IMG/VR virus record: IMGVR_UViG_3300047472_000281
Coordinates: 6,334-70,333 of that record
DNA: 64,000 nucleotides
Direction: 5' to 3' (one strand)
From: a virus
This document shows positions 8,437-18,016 of this stretch, piece after piece. Each line of letters starts with the position of its first letter. The stretch's first letter is position 1. The notes under the pieces are model-generated. The model was given only the letters and a program-made list of their open reading frames with translations. It had not been told where the DNA came from and searched no databases. The position numbers and the translations under genes are program-made.

Positions 8437-10372
8437 CGACAACTGGCCATACCTGCTCGGCGGGGCTGAACTTCTAGACGCCGAAGCGGCGATGATGGCG
8501 CCGCAGAAGCGGCTGACACCTCTGGAGTTCGGCGACGAGCACCGGACGTACACCAAGGAAGGCCGCGCCTCGCGCTGGCGCTCCGAGGATACGCCCTGGG
8601 CCCGCGAGATCCTGGAGACCCTGGACGAGGACAGCCCGTTTCGGCGGGTGGTGGCGCCCAAGGGCACCCAACTGGGCTTTACCGAGCTTGGCCTGATCTG
8701 GGCCGGGCAGGGGATCATGCAGAGCCAGTCTCTGCTGATGATCCTGCCCAGCGAGGCGGTCGCCAAGCGGATCGTCAAGACCAAGTTCAAGCCGATGCTC
8801 AAGACCACGTCGGTCTTGGCCAACGCCTTTCCGGGGCGGTCGGTCGACACGGCGCTGCACTTCAGCAATGACGCCGTCGACCTGATGTTCGGGGGCTCCA
8901 ACAGCCCCAACAACTTCGCCTCGCTGACCGTCCAGCGGTTCATGGGCGACGAGGTCGATCGCTGGTCGCCGGAGCTGCTGAAGGAAGGCGACCCGGTCGA
9001 CCTGGCCGAGAACCGGATCGCCGAGTACGGCTTTCTGGGGAAGATGTTCCTGCCGTCGTCGCCGACGGTCGAGGGCGCGTCGATCGTCTGGCGCGAGTGG
9101 GAACAGTCCGACAAGCGGGTGTTCGAATGCCCCTGCCCGGGCTGCGGCCACAAGCAGCAGTGGCTCTGGGAAAACATCAAGTGGGAGCCGGGCGACACCG
9201 ACAACGTCACGCTGAAGTGCGTGGCCTGCGAAGAGAAGTTCCCGGAGGTCGACTGGAAGACCATCTGGAACGACGGGACGTGGCGCGCCACTGAGCCTAA
9301 CCCGGTCCGCCGGGACACGGCGGGCTTCCACCTGTCGACCCTGTATGCGCGGCTTGGCCAGCGCACCTGGGCCCAGCTGGCCCAGCAGTACGAGGCGGTC
9401 ATCAAGTCGGGCCTGTCGGCTCGGATGCAGGTGTTCGTCAACACCATCCTGGGCCTGCCCTGGAAGATCACCGAGGACGCGGTCGCGGTCGACGCGCTGC
9501 GCGAACGCCTCGACGACAGCCTGGAAAAGGGCGTCGTCCCCGCCGGCGCCCTGCTGCTGACAGCGGGCGTCGACTACCAGAAGAACCGCCTGGAAGTGTT
9601 CATCTTCGGCTGGGCGCGGGCTCGCGAGAGATGGCTGGTCGACAAGGTGGTCGTGCCGCGTCTGACGCTGGACGGAAAGATGCGTCCCGCCAAGGCGATA
9701 GCCGACGATCTAAAGGCCATGGCCCTGGAAAAGGATTGGCCGCACGAACTGGGCGGCACGCTGCAGGTCGAGATGGCCTTGCACGACGCCGGCGACCGAC
9801 CTTCGGACGTGTTCGATGTCCTGGAGCACCTGCGGCCAGACCGGAACGTGGCCTCGAAGGGCTTCGAGGGTTGGGGCCGGCAGATCCACTTCTCGGCGCC
9901 GAAGATCATCGACGTCCATCGCGACGGCAAGGTGGTCAAGTCCGGTCGCCTGCAGATGAGCATCTACACGGCCGAGGCCAAGCGGGCTTGGTACGACGAC
10001 CTTCGCCGGGCGCCTTCCGAGGACGGCGGCGCGTCGGAGCGCTACGTCCACCTGCCGATGTGGATCGACGAGGAAGAGGGCCTGCTGGCCGGCTTCGTCT
10101 CCGAGGAGATCCGCAAGTCCACGCGCGGCAAGATCCGCTGGGAAAAGATCGTCGAGCGCAACGAGCCGCTGGACTGCGCGATCATGGGCGAAGGCGCCCG
10201 GTGGCAACTGAAGTCGCACCGCTGGAACGAGGCCGACTGGCTACGCCGCGAGGCGATGGTCAACACGAACCCCGTCGCCGCGCCACCTGACCGGCCAGAC
10301 GATGACGAACCGCCGCCGACGTCGGGCGGGTTCGTTCGAGCAGAAAAGAATTGGTTCAACCGCAACCGTTAA
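8384..10372 (+). CDS. Terminase large subunit, GpA family (start uncertain)
   Basis: KGTQLGFTE Walker A, GDEVDR Walker B, SSPT, CPCPGCG, LTAGVDYQ and RNEPLDC nuclease motifs. Confidence 0.95.
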   Translation: MPATLAATPTPPGGEGDNDNWPYLLGGAELLDAEAAMMAPQKRLTPLEFGDEHRTYTKEGRASRWRSEDTPWAREILETLDEDSPFRRVVAPKGTQLGFTELGLIWAGQGIMQSQSLLMILPSEAVAKRIVKTKFKPMLKTTSVLANAFPGRSVDTALHFSNDAVDLMFGGSNSPNNFASLTVQRFMGDEVDRWSPELLKEGDPVDLAENRIAEYGFLGKMFLPSSPTVEGASIVWREWEQSDKRVFECPCPGCGHKQQWLWENIKWEPGDTDNVTLKCVACEEKFPEVDWKTIWNDGTWRATEPNPVRRDTAGFHLSTLYARLGQRTWAQLAQQYEAVIKSGLSARMQVFVNTILGLPWKITEDAVAVDALRERLDDSLEKGVVPAGALLLTAGVDYQKNRLEVFIFGWARARERWLVDKVVVPRLTLDGKMRPAKAIADDLKAMALEKDWPHELGGTLQVEMALHDAGDRPSDVFDVLEHLRPDRNVASKGFEGWGRQIHFSAPKIIDVHRDGKVVKSGRLQMSIYTAEAKRAWYDDLRRAPSEDGGASERYVHLPMWIDEEEGLLAGFVSEEIRKSTRGKIRWEKIVERNEPLDCAIMGEGARWQLKSHRWNEADWLRREAMVNTNPVAAPPDRPDDDEPPPTSGGFVRAEKNWFNRNR

Positions 10373-10403
10373 AGCGCCGCCGGCGCCGAGGAGACATGAC
10401 GAC

Positions 10404-10619
10404 ATGGCCGCTCTGACGATCGAGCAGCAGATCGCCCACCTCGTCAAAATGGCGGGGACCGGCGTCCTGGAGTCGGAGCAGGCCGACGGAAAGCGCGTGA
10501 AGTTCGCCGACATCACCGAGTTGAAGGCCCGCATCGCGTTCCTGCGATCGGAACTGACCAGCCCGCCCGGAACGGTGCGCGTCACGCGCACGACCTTCGC
10601 TAACTTCCGTCAAGACTGA
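10404..10619 (+). CDS. Head-tail joining protein (gpW-like)
   Basis: Small ORF between terminase and portal; DGKRVKFADITELKARI. Confidence 0.8.
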   Translation: MAALTIEQQIAHLVKMAGTGVLESEQADGKRVKFADITELKARIAFLRSELTSPPGTVRVTRTTFANFRQD

Positions 10620-12328
10620 TGGCCGGCTTCATGGAGCGGGCGGTGGACGGCGTGATCGCCGTCTTCGCGCCCAAGGCCGCGCTCATGCGGCGCGGCGCCC
10701 GCAATGCTCTGTCGGTTCAGAACGACGGCCAGGCGCTGCTGGCGGCCATGCGGATGGAGTCGCGCAAGTACGCGGCCGCCTCGCGCGACCGGTTCACGGG
10801 CGGCTGGCGCGCCAATGGTTCGTCCGGCAACGCCAACCTGCAGCCCGACCTGGCGCTGATCCGCGCCCGCACGCGGGGGATGGAGCGGGACAACCCGTAC
10901 ATCACCGCCGCGACCCGCAACCTGACGGTCGACCTGACGGGCCTGGACATGCGGGCCACGCACGAAAACCCCCGTCTGGCGAAGAAGGCCCAGCAGGCGT
11001 GGAACCGCTTCAAGAAGAAGACGAAGTTCCACATCCGCCAGAAGGTGGTGGTCCGCGAGACGATCACCGGCGGCGAGGCTCTGATCGTCTGGCGGCCCAA
11101 GGGCAACCTGCCCAACCAGCGCATGCAGGTGCTTGCCGGCGATCACCTGGACACCAGCAAGACCGAGATCCTCGCCAACGGCAACAGGATCGTCATGGGG
11201 GTCGAGTTCGACTCCGAAGATGGCGATCCGGTCGCCTACTGGATCTTCCCCGAGCACCCCGGCGATCTGGTGACCCGGAAGATAGCCTGGGTCTCGGAGC
11301 GCATTGACGCCCGCTATGTCGACCACGTGTTCGAAGAGTTGTGGCCGCAGCAGGCGCGCGGCGTGCCGTGGTTCTACGGCTCGGTCCTGACCTTCGACGA
11401 GATCGCGCAGCTGGAAACGGCGATGCAGGTCAAGAAGCGGGTCGAGGCCTGCGTGACCGTGTTCCGCACGCCTGGCACCGATCCCAACGCCGGATCCGAC
11501 GACCCGATCGGAGCGCGCAAGCGCGAAGCCGACGGCCGCATGCTCGAGGAAGTCGCGCCGGGCATGATCCTGCACGGCAACGTCGGCGACAAGTTTGAGA
11601 TCGTGAACCCGTCCAGCAACGGCGACGGCGGCGACTTCCTGCGCGCCCAGCTGATGAAGGGCTGCGCCGGCATCGGCGTGCCCTACCACATGGTCACGGG
11701 CGATGTGACGAAGGCGAACTTCTCCAGCCTGCGCGCCGACCTGATCCCCTATCGGGCCCGCCGCGAGGACTGGGCCTATACGGTGTTCACGCCCAAGGGC
11801 ATCGAACCCGCCTTCCGACGCTGCATGGAACTGGAAGCGGCCATCACCGGCGACCAGCGCTATCTGGACGTGATCGGCGAGGAAAGCCTGCCGCCGATGG
11901 AGTGGATTGATCCGCTCAAGGACATCATGGCGCTGAAGGAAAAGCTGCGGATCTTCCCCGGCATGCTGCCCGAGACGTTGGCCAAGCTCGGCCTGGACTG
12001 GCGCGTGCAGGTCGACACCCAGTCGGAGGTCGACCAGTACGTCGACCTGAAGAACGTCACCTATGACGCCGATGCGCGTCGCGTGAACGGCGCGGGCGCG
12101 CTGCAGACCGTCAAGGCCGGCGAAACGCCGACCGACGCCGGCGCCCAGGCCCAGGCGGCGATCAATGAGCGCACGACTGAGTTCGCGCTGCGGATCTGGG
12201 ACGCCCTGGATGAGCGCGACGGCGCATCACTGAATCTCGCCTTCGCCGAGGCCGCCCAGGCGGTTCGGTCGGGAGACCCCGCCGCCGCCGGCATGCACGC
12301 CGTGCTGATGGCCCTTACTGAACGCTGA
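10619..12328 (+). CDS. Portal protein, lambda family
   Basis: GVEFD...PVAYWI, QxRGVPW, GVPYHMVTGDVTKANFSSLRA, WIDPLKD. Confidence 0.95.
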   Translation: MAGFMERAVDGVIAVFAPKAALMRRGARNALSVQNDGQALLAAMRMESRKYAAASRDRFTGGWRANGSSGNANLQPDLALIRARTRGMERDNPYITAATRNLTVDLTGLDMRATHENPRLAKKAQQAWNRFKKKTKFHIRQKVVVRETITGGEALIVWRPKGNLPNQRMQVLAGDHLDTSKTEILANGNRIVMGVEFDSEDGDPVAYWIFPEHPGDLVTRKIAWVSERIDARYVDHVFEELWPQQARGVPWFYGSVLTFDEIAQLETAMQVKKRVEACVTVFRTPGTDPNAGSDDPIGARKREADGRMLEEVAPGMILHGNVGDKFEIVNPSSNGDGGDFLRAQLMKGCAGIGVPYHMVTGDVTKANFSSLRADLIPYRARREDWAYTVFTPKGIEPAFRRCMELEAAITGDQRYLDVIGEESLPPMEWIDPLKDIMALKEKLRIFPGMLPETLAKLGLDWRVQVDTQSEVDQYVDLKNVTYDADARRVNGAGALQTVKAGETPTDAGAQAQAAINERTTEFALRIWDALDERDGASLNLAFAEAAQAVRSGDPAAAGMHAVLMALTER

Positions 12329-12336
12329 GAGGCCCC

Positions 12337-14493
12337 ATGAAAAAGACCCTGATGGTCGGCGCCGCGCTCGCGGCGGCGCTGCTGACGCGTGAGTCGCCGC
12401 CGCCCGGCGTGACCCACGAACGCGGAACGCCGCCGCCCTCGCGCGGCGAGCGCTTCATGGCGTTCACCGGCAGTTCGTACGATCCGGCGACCCGCGAGTG
12501 CGACGCCACCTTCGCCACCGGCGAGGTGGTGTCGCGCTGGTATGGCACGGAGCAGCTGCAGATCGATACCGCGTCGATCATTCTGCGTCGGGTGGCGCTC
12601 AACCAGTGCCGCCTGCTGTTCGGCCACGACAGCCGCCAGCCGATCGGCTTGGTGATCTCGGCCGAGGTCGTCAATGGCCAGTTGGTCGGCCGCGTCCGCT
12701 TCGCCGAGACGCCGCAGGGCGACCTTTATGCTGGCATGGTCCAGCGCGGCGAGCTGACCGGAATCTCGGTCGGCTACAACGTCTTGCAGTGGACGCTCGT
12801 CAGCGAAGTCGACGCCGACTCCGACGCGTGGACCGCCACCCGATGGGAGCTGATGGAAGTCAGCCTCGTAACCGTTCCCGCCGACCCTTTTGCCGGGGTC
12901 AGGTCGGCGGAGCCTGCCCCAGCTAGCCCGCCTGTCGCCGATCCCGGCGCTGGCCAACGTTCTGAAGAGGAAAAAGACATGCTGACCATTGCTCAGGTGC
13001 TGGCTCTGCGCGCTCAAGCGCGTGCGCTGGGCGTCACCGCCGAGGCCGCCGAGGCGGTTCTGACCCGCGAGGGCATCACCCACGCCCAAGCCCTGGAAGA
13101 AATCATGGGCCTGGCGACGGCCGCCCGCGCCGCCGCCACCGCCGCGCCGGCTGTGGTCGCCGCCGCTCCTGCCCCCGCGCCGACCCCCGCCCTCGCTGGC
13201 GGCCTGAGCACCGCCGACGCTCTGAACCTGCGCAGCCAAGCCGTGGGCTATGGCATCGCCGAGGATACTGTCGACGCGATCCTCAGCCGCCAAAACATCA
13301 CCCGCCCCGAAGCGTCCGAGGCCATTCTGACCGCGGCGGCTTCGGCTCAGCGCGCCGCTGTCGCCCCGGTTCCGGCCGGCGGCGCCGCGCGCGTCACGGT
13401 CGACGAACGCGAGGTGCAGGCGGCCCGTATGACAGAGGCGCTGGCCGCCCGGATGGGCAACCGCGCGCCGGACTCCAGCGGCCGCGAGTTCATGGGCTGG
13501 AGCGTTCTGCATATGTGGGCCGAGCGCGCCGGCATCGACGCCCGCGACCCGGTCCGCATCTACGACACCATCGCCCGCAACTTCGGTCCGAGCATGTCTG
13601 TTCGCAGCGGCGCCATGATGACCACGGCGGACTTCCCGCTGATCCTGGAAGGCGCCGCCAACCAGACCCTGATGGCCGCCTACAATCTGCAGCAGCCCAG
13701 CTATCGCAACTGGGCCGCCAAGAAGCAGTTCCAGGACTTCAGGCCGCACCACTTCTATCGCATCGGCGACTTCCCCGAACTGCTGCCGTTGGGCGAGGGC
13801 GGCGAGATCAAGGCCGGCTCTTTCAAGGAAAGCAAGGAAAGCGCCGAGCTGGGCACCAGCGCGCGCCTGGTCATGATGACCCGGCCGATGCTGATCAACG
13901 ACAACCTCAACGCCTTCGGCGACTTCGCCGGCGGCGCGGGTCGTTCGGCCGCGCGTCGGGAAAACCTTCTGGCCTATACCTCGATCCTTTCGAACGCGGG
14001 CCTTGGCCCGACGATGTCGGACGGCAAGACCATGTTCCACGCCGACCATGGCAACCTGGCCGCCTCCGGCACCGCCATCACCGAGGACAGCCTGTCGGCC
14101 GCCCGCGAGGCCGGCTACGTCCAGAAGGATCTCGACGGTCACGAGCTGAACATCGACTTCCCGATCCTGCTGCTCGGTCCGAAGAAGCTGACCGAAGCCG
14201 AGAAGCTGCTGATCGAGGTCCAGCCGACCAAGACCGCCGACGCTCAGATCTTCGCCGGCAAGCGCCGCCCGGTCGCCGACGCGAAGATCAAGGACAAGGC
14301 CTGGTGGAACCTGGGCGACCCCGCCAACGGCGAGTCGAACTTCGTGTTCGGTTATCTCCGTGACCAGGAAGCTCCCGAGCTGCGCCAGGACAAGCCGTTC
14401 AACTATGACGGCATCGGCTTTGGCGTGATCCACGACTTCGGGTTCGGCGCCAACGAGTATCGCTTCGGCTACAAGAACGCCGGCGACAACTAA
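12337..14493 (+). CDS. Prohead protease-scaffold-major capsid fusion protein
   Basis: LLFGHD, ISVGY, WELMEVSLVTVPAD protease; duplicated helical linker; TTADFPLIL, DFRP, LINDNL capsid motifs. Confidence 0.93.
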   Translation: MKKTLMVGAALAAALLTRESPPPGVTHERGTPPPSRGERFMAFTGSSYDPATRECDATFATGEVVSRWYGTEQLQIDTASIILRRVALNQCRLLFGHDSRQPIGLVISAEVVNGQLVGRVRFAETPQGDLYAGMVQRGELTGISVGYNVLQWTLVSEVDADSDAWTATRWELMEVSLVTVPADPFAGVRSAEPAPASPPVADPGAGQRSEEEKDMLTIAQVLALRAQARALGVTAEAAEAVLTREGITHAQALEEIMGLATAARAAATAAPAVVAAAPAPAPTPALAGGLSTADALNLRSQAVGYGIAEDTVDAILSRQNITRPEASEAILTAAASAQRAAVAPVPAGGAARVTVDEREVQAARMTEALAARMGNRAPDSSGREFMGWSVLHMWAERAGIDARDPVRIYDTIARNFGPSMSVRSGAMMTTADFPLILEGAANQTLMAAYNLQQPSYRNWAAKKQFQDFRPHHFYRIGDFPELLPLGEGGEIKAGSFKESKESAELGTSARLVMMTRPMLINDNLNAFGDFAGGAGRSAARRENLLAYTSILSNAGLGPTMSDGKTMFHADHGNLAASGTAITEDSLSAAREAGYVQKDLDGHELNIDFPILLLGPKKLTEAEKLLIEVQPTKTADAQIFAGKRRPVADAKIKDKAWWNLGDPANGESNFVFGYLRDQEAPELRQDKPFNYDGIGFGVIHDFGFGANEYRFGYKNAGDN

Positions 14494-14521
14494 GCCTCGA
14501 CCCCACCGTCTCCCTGACCCT

Positions 14522-14564
14522 GCGAGGGCCGCCCGGCGAAAGCTTGGGCGGCCCTCGCCGTTTT
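14522..14564 (+). terminator. Rho-independent terminator after capsid gene
   Basis: GCGAGGGCCGCCC...GAAA...GGGCGGCCCTCGC stem then short T run. Confidence 0.6.
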
Positions 14565-14599
14565 GAGGCCCGCGACAGGGCCGAGCAAGGTTCAACACC

Positions 14600-15106
14600 A
14601 TGGCTAAGAACTTCATCTACAGCGGGTCGACGCACGACGCGCTGGTCGCTCCGGCCGGCGGCGTCGTCTCCGGCAAGGGCTATCTGATCGGCGCCATCTT
14701 CGTCATCGCCCTCACGAGCGCGGCCGAAGGCGACCTTTTCACCGGCCGTGAAGACGGCGCCTGGGAACTGGACGCCGTCGGCCACGTCAGCGCCCAAGCC
14801 ATCGGCCAGGGCGGCCCCGTCTATTGGGATACCGCCGCCGGTAAGGCGACCAAGATCCCGTCGGCCACCACGGTGCTGATCGGCGCCGCGATCGTGGCCA
14901 AGCCGACGGCCGACACGACCGTGCAGGTCAACCTGTGGGGCCGCGCCGCCGCTCCCGTGGCCGCCATCACCAAGCCGGTGGCGACCGCCGCGACCGCGAC
15001 CACCCCCTATGGCTTCGCGAGCCAGGCCCAGGCCGACGCGCTGGTCACCGCCGTCCGCGCCCTGATCGACGCGGCCGGTCTGCACGGCATCGCGATCCCG
15101 GCCTAG
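14600..15106 (+). CDS. DUF2190-like capsid cement/decoration protein
   Basis: MAKNFIYSG...APAGGVVSG...VYWD motif directly after capsid. Confidence 0.85.
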   Translation: MAKNFIYSGSTHDALVAPAGGVVSGKGYLIGAIFVIALTSAAEGDLFTGREDGAWELDAVGHVSAQAIGQGGPVYWDTAAGKATKIPSATTVLIGAAIVAKPTADTTVQVNLWGRAAAPVAAITKPVATAATATTPYGFASQAQADALVTAVRALIDAAGLHGIAIPA

Positions 15107-15267
15107 GCCGGGATCGCATAGAGAAGGAGTTCGACGCGGCGGCACCGAAAAGCATCGGCGCCGCCGCGTCGGACGACAAACGTCATTCGCCTGGGTCAGC
15201 CAGGCCACTTCTGAATGCTGACCGCTCCCCCTTCCGCCGGATAGTCCGGCCCTCCAAGGACGAGACC

Positions 15268-15801
15268 ATGGCTAATCACAACCGCACCTCCGGCGCGGCG
15301 CCTTCGCACGCCCAGGCCAAGGCCGCTCTTGCCGTCGCCCAAGCCGAGGTCGCCACCGCCCAGGCCGCCACCGCTGTCGCCCAGGCCGCCGCCGCCCAGC
15401 AGACGGAAACCGTCGATAGCGGCGCATCGGACAGCGCGATCAGCGGCGCCGGCGATGACGCCGTCATGGGCAGTGACGGTCGGGACTCCATCGACGCCAG
15501 CGCCTCCGGCGATAGCCTGGCGGGCGCCGACGGAAACGACACGGTCACTGGTCGTGATGCGAACGACGCCGGCGCGGCGCAGGGCGACGGCACTGGCGAC
15601 CTGGGCGACCTGGGCGACGACGCGATCCCCGATGTGGAGCCGGGAAGCGACCCGGTGTGGCTTACGACCCGATCCAGCGGGGAGTTCGGCCCGGACGGCA
15701 AGTTCGTCGACCTCTCCCAGAACTTGGCCAACACCATGCCCGAGGGCTTGCTGGTCCGCGCCACGGTCGCGCAGCTGGCGACCCGCCCGCGCAGCCTCTG
15801 A
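15268..15801 (+). CDS. Hypothetical structural-region protein with RTX-like Gly/Asp repeats
   Basis: AAGGA SD, ATG 15268; GAGDDAVM, SDGRDSID, ASGDSLA, ADGNDTVT at 9-residue spacing. Confidence 0.65.
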   Translation: MANHNRTSGAAPSHAQAKAALAVAQAEVATAQAATAVAQAAAAQQTETVDSGASDSAISGAGDDAVMGSDGRDSIDASASGDSLAGADGNDTVTGRDANDAGAAQGDGTGDLGDLGDDAIPDVEPGSDPVWLTTRSSGEFGPDGKFVDLSQNLANTMPEGLLVRATVAQLATRPRSL

Positions 15802-15827
15802 GTTTAAGCGACCTAGGAGCCGGCACG

Positions 15828-16187
15828 GTGGAACCAGATGACTTGGACGACATGGTCGTCGACCTGACCTATGAAACCCATGGGCTGGCCGCGACCTATG
15901 CTCCGCCATCGGGCGCCGCCGTGCCGGATATTCTTCTGGTGCTCCACCAGCCCAAGGCGGACCAGGCGCGCTCCTCGGCTTTCGATCTGAACGGCGGTTT
16001 GAGCATCGCCGAGAATGTCCTGACCGCCTGCGTGCGATCCTCCGAGGTCGCCCAGCCCGAGGCGGAGGGAACCTTCACCTTCAACGGCGGCAAGCTGGCC
16101 GGCCAGGTCTTCCGGTTGGGCGCCGATCCGACCGCCCACGAGGGCCAGACCCGCGAGTGGCGGCTGAAGCTGCAGAAAGTCGCCTGA
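15828..16187 (+). CDS. Putative head-tail joining/closure protein
   Basis: AGGAG SD with GTG 15828; position and size; ends WRLKL. Confidence 0.6.
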   Translation: MEPDDLDDMVVDLTYETHGLAATYAPPSGAAVPDILLVLHQPKADQARSSAFDLNGGLSIAENVLTACVRSSEVAQPEAEGTFTFNGGKLAGQVFRLGADPTAHEGQTREWRLKLQKVA

Positions 16188-16633
16188 TGGCCAACAAGGT
16201 TCGCGACGCCCACCAGCGCCTCTGGGCGCTGGTCGAGGCGACCTTTCCCGACGCCAGCCGTCACCGCAATCCGGCTGGGCCGCGCGCGCCAACCGCCAAG
16301 GCTGGCGGCCTGGCCCAATATGTATCGCTGACCGACGACAACATGCCCGACATCGTTGGGGTGATGTGCGGCCCGGTCTACGACCTGAAGGCCACCCCCG
16401 AACTGACTTTCGCCTTCAGCGGCAAGACCAAGGACGAGCGCCAAGAGGCCGCTTACGCCCAGGTAGAACTTCTGAAAGCCGCCATCGCCGCCGACCGCCA
16501 GCTGAGCGGCGCGGTCTCGTATTGCGACATCGCCGGCGTCCAGCCGACCGATGTGGCCGACAGCGACTGGATGGCCGGTGGCCTCTACGTCCAAGTCGGC
16601 CTGCTGCTCGACGCACCAACCCCCGCCGGCTGA
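16187..16633 (+). CDS. Putative tail terminator protein
   Basis: TGATG coupling; AIAADRQLSGAV motif; precedes tail tube. Confidence 0.65.
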   Translation: MANKVRDAHQRLWALVEATFPDASRHRNPAGPRAPTAKAGGLAQYVSLTDDNMPDIVGVMCGPVYDLKATPELTFAFSGKTKDERQEAAYAQVELLKAAIAADRQLSGAVSYCDIAGVQPTDVADSDWMAGGLYVQVGLLLDAPTPAG

Positions 16634-16655
16634 GCCGGCCAACCCCGAGAGCAAC

Positions 16656-17021
16656 ATGACCAAAGCCACTACCGGCCCGGCCGCCCTTAGCGCGGCCGGC
16701 GTAACCCTGTCTGCCGCGCTGGCCGCCGACACAGTCGCTGCTGGCGCGGGATCGGACACGACCGGCGACGCAAAGGCCTTGCCGATCCCCGCGGCGACCG
16801 AAGTCGCCAACACCGCCCCGATCGGCGCCGCAACGACTGACGCCGTGGCGGTACCGCTGGCCGACGTCGATGCTGTGCGCATGCCGTACCTGACGACCCG
16901 CGCGTCAGCCGAGTTCGGCGGCCAGGGCGTCTGGGTCGATGCGTCGGACGAAGAGTTCGAAGCCGCCCCCGAGGGCCTGCTGGCCGTCCCCACCGAGGAT
17001 CAGTTGGCCCTGCGCCGCTGA
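16656..17021 (+). CDS. Hypothetical protein; C-terminal domain paralogous to 15268..15801
   Basis: YLTTRASAEFG...PEGLLAVPTEDQLALR versus WLTTRSSGEFG...PEGLLVRATVAQLATR. Confidence 0.7.
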   Translation: MTKATTGPAALSAAGVTLSAALAADTVAAGAGSDTTGDAKALPIPAATEVANTAPIGAATTDAVAVPLADVDAVRMPYLTTRASAEFGGQGVWVDASDEEFEAAPEGLLAVPTEDQLALRR

Positions 17022-17059
17022 GCCTTTCCCCTCCCAGCCTCGTTTGAACGGAGAGCACC

Positions 17060-18016
17060 ATGCTCGGCCTTGATACTACCGTCTCGCTCGGCAAGCAGGC
17101 TTCGGCCAGCGACCCGACCACCCTGGCGCGCCAGTCGCTGCAGGTCTATTCGATCACCGGCGGCCAGTCCGAGAACCTCGTCGACGACGAGATCCTGGGC
17201 GGGGGTCTGAACAACTCGTCCGACCCCACCGAGGCCGCCCCTGGCCTCGACGACCACAAGGTGACGATCAAGTTCCCGCTCTGCATCGCGCAGGCGCCCT
17301 GGTGGTTCGCCGCCTTCTTCGGCACGGAAGCCGCTAGCGGCACCGATCCCGACTTCGAGCACCTCTGGCACTCCGGCGCCGCGCTGCCGTACATCTTCCT
17401 CGAGCACAAGATGACGACCGGCCGTTATCGCCGTCACTTCGCCATGGTCGGCGAAAGCCTGACGATCGACCTCGACGCCGAGCGTGAAGGCTTCGCCCAA
17501 GGCGAGATCACCTTCGTGGGCATGAAGGAACTGAAGAACTCGGCCGCCTTGGCCGGCGTCGTCACCGCCACCCCCGACCTCGACCGCCCGGCCGCCAAGC
17601 TGGCCAGCGTCATCTACAACGGCGTGGCCGGCGGCGACCTGATCGGCGGCAAGTTCACCTTCGCGCGCAAGCTCAAGCGCTATCGTGCCGCCGACGGCAC
17701 CGGCATCCCCTACAGCGTCGAGCAGAACGGCAAGTCGACCCTGTCGGGCTCGCTGCGCACCCGCTGCCGCGCCGACACGATCTATGACGACGGCGTGGCC
17801 CACACGCCGCGTTCGCTGTCGCTGCAGCTGCTGCGCGCGGCCGGTCGTGGCATGAAGTTCGACATGGCCCATATGCGGGTCAATCGGACCCCTATCAGCA
17901 TCGAGGGCGCCGATGAGATCGAACAAAACTACGACTATCGCGCCTGGCAGACGACCGCTGACGCGGCGCTGAACGTCACCGCGATGAATACCGAAGACAC
18001 GATCGCGTTCGCCTGA
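17060..18016 (+). CDS. Tail tube (major tail) protein
   Basis: GGAG SD; size, position before chaperones, ISIEGADEIEQNYDYRA C-terminus. Confidence 0.8.
   Translation: MLGLDTTVSLGKQASASDPTTLARQSLQVYSITGGQSENLVDDEILGGGLNNSSDPTEAAPGLDDHKVTIKFPLCIAQAPWWFAAFFGTEAASGTDPDFEHLWHSGAALPYIFLEHKMTTGRYRRHFAMVGESLTIDLDAEREGFAQGEITFVGMKELKNSAALAGVVTATPDLDRPAAKLASVIYNGVAGGDLIGGKFTFARKLKRYRAADGTGIPYSVEQNGKSTLSGSLRTRCRADTIYDDGVAHTPRSLSLQLLRAAGRGMKFDMAHMRVNRTPISIEGADEIEQNYDYRAWQTTADAALNVTAMNTEDTIAFA

Noticed and set aside
12061-14616. 851-aa minus-strand ORF
   Set aside because: Antisense shadow of the capsid gene in high-GC DNA; no recognisable motifs
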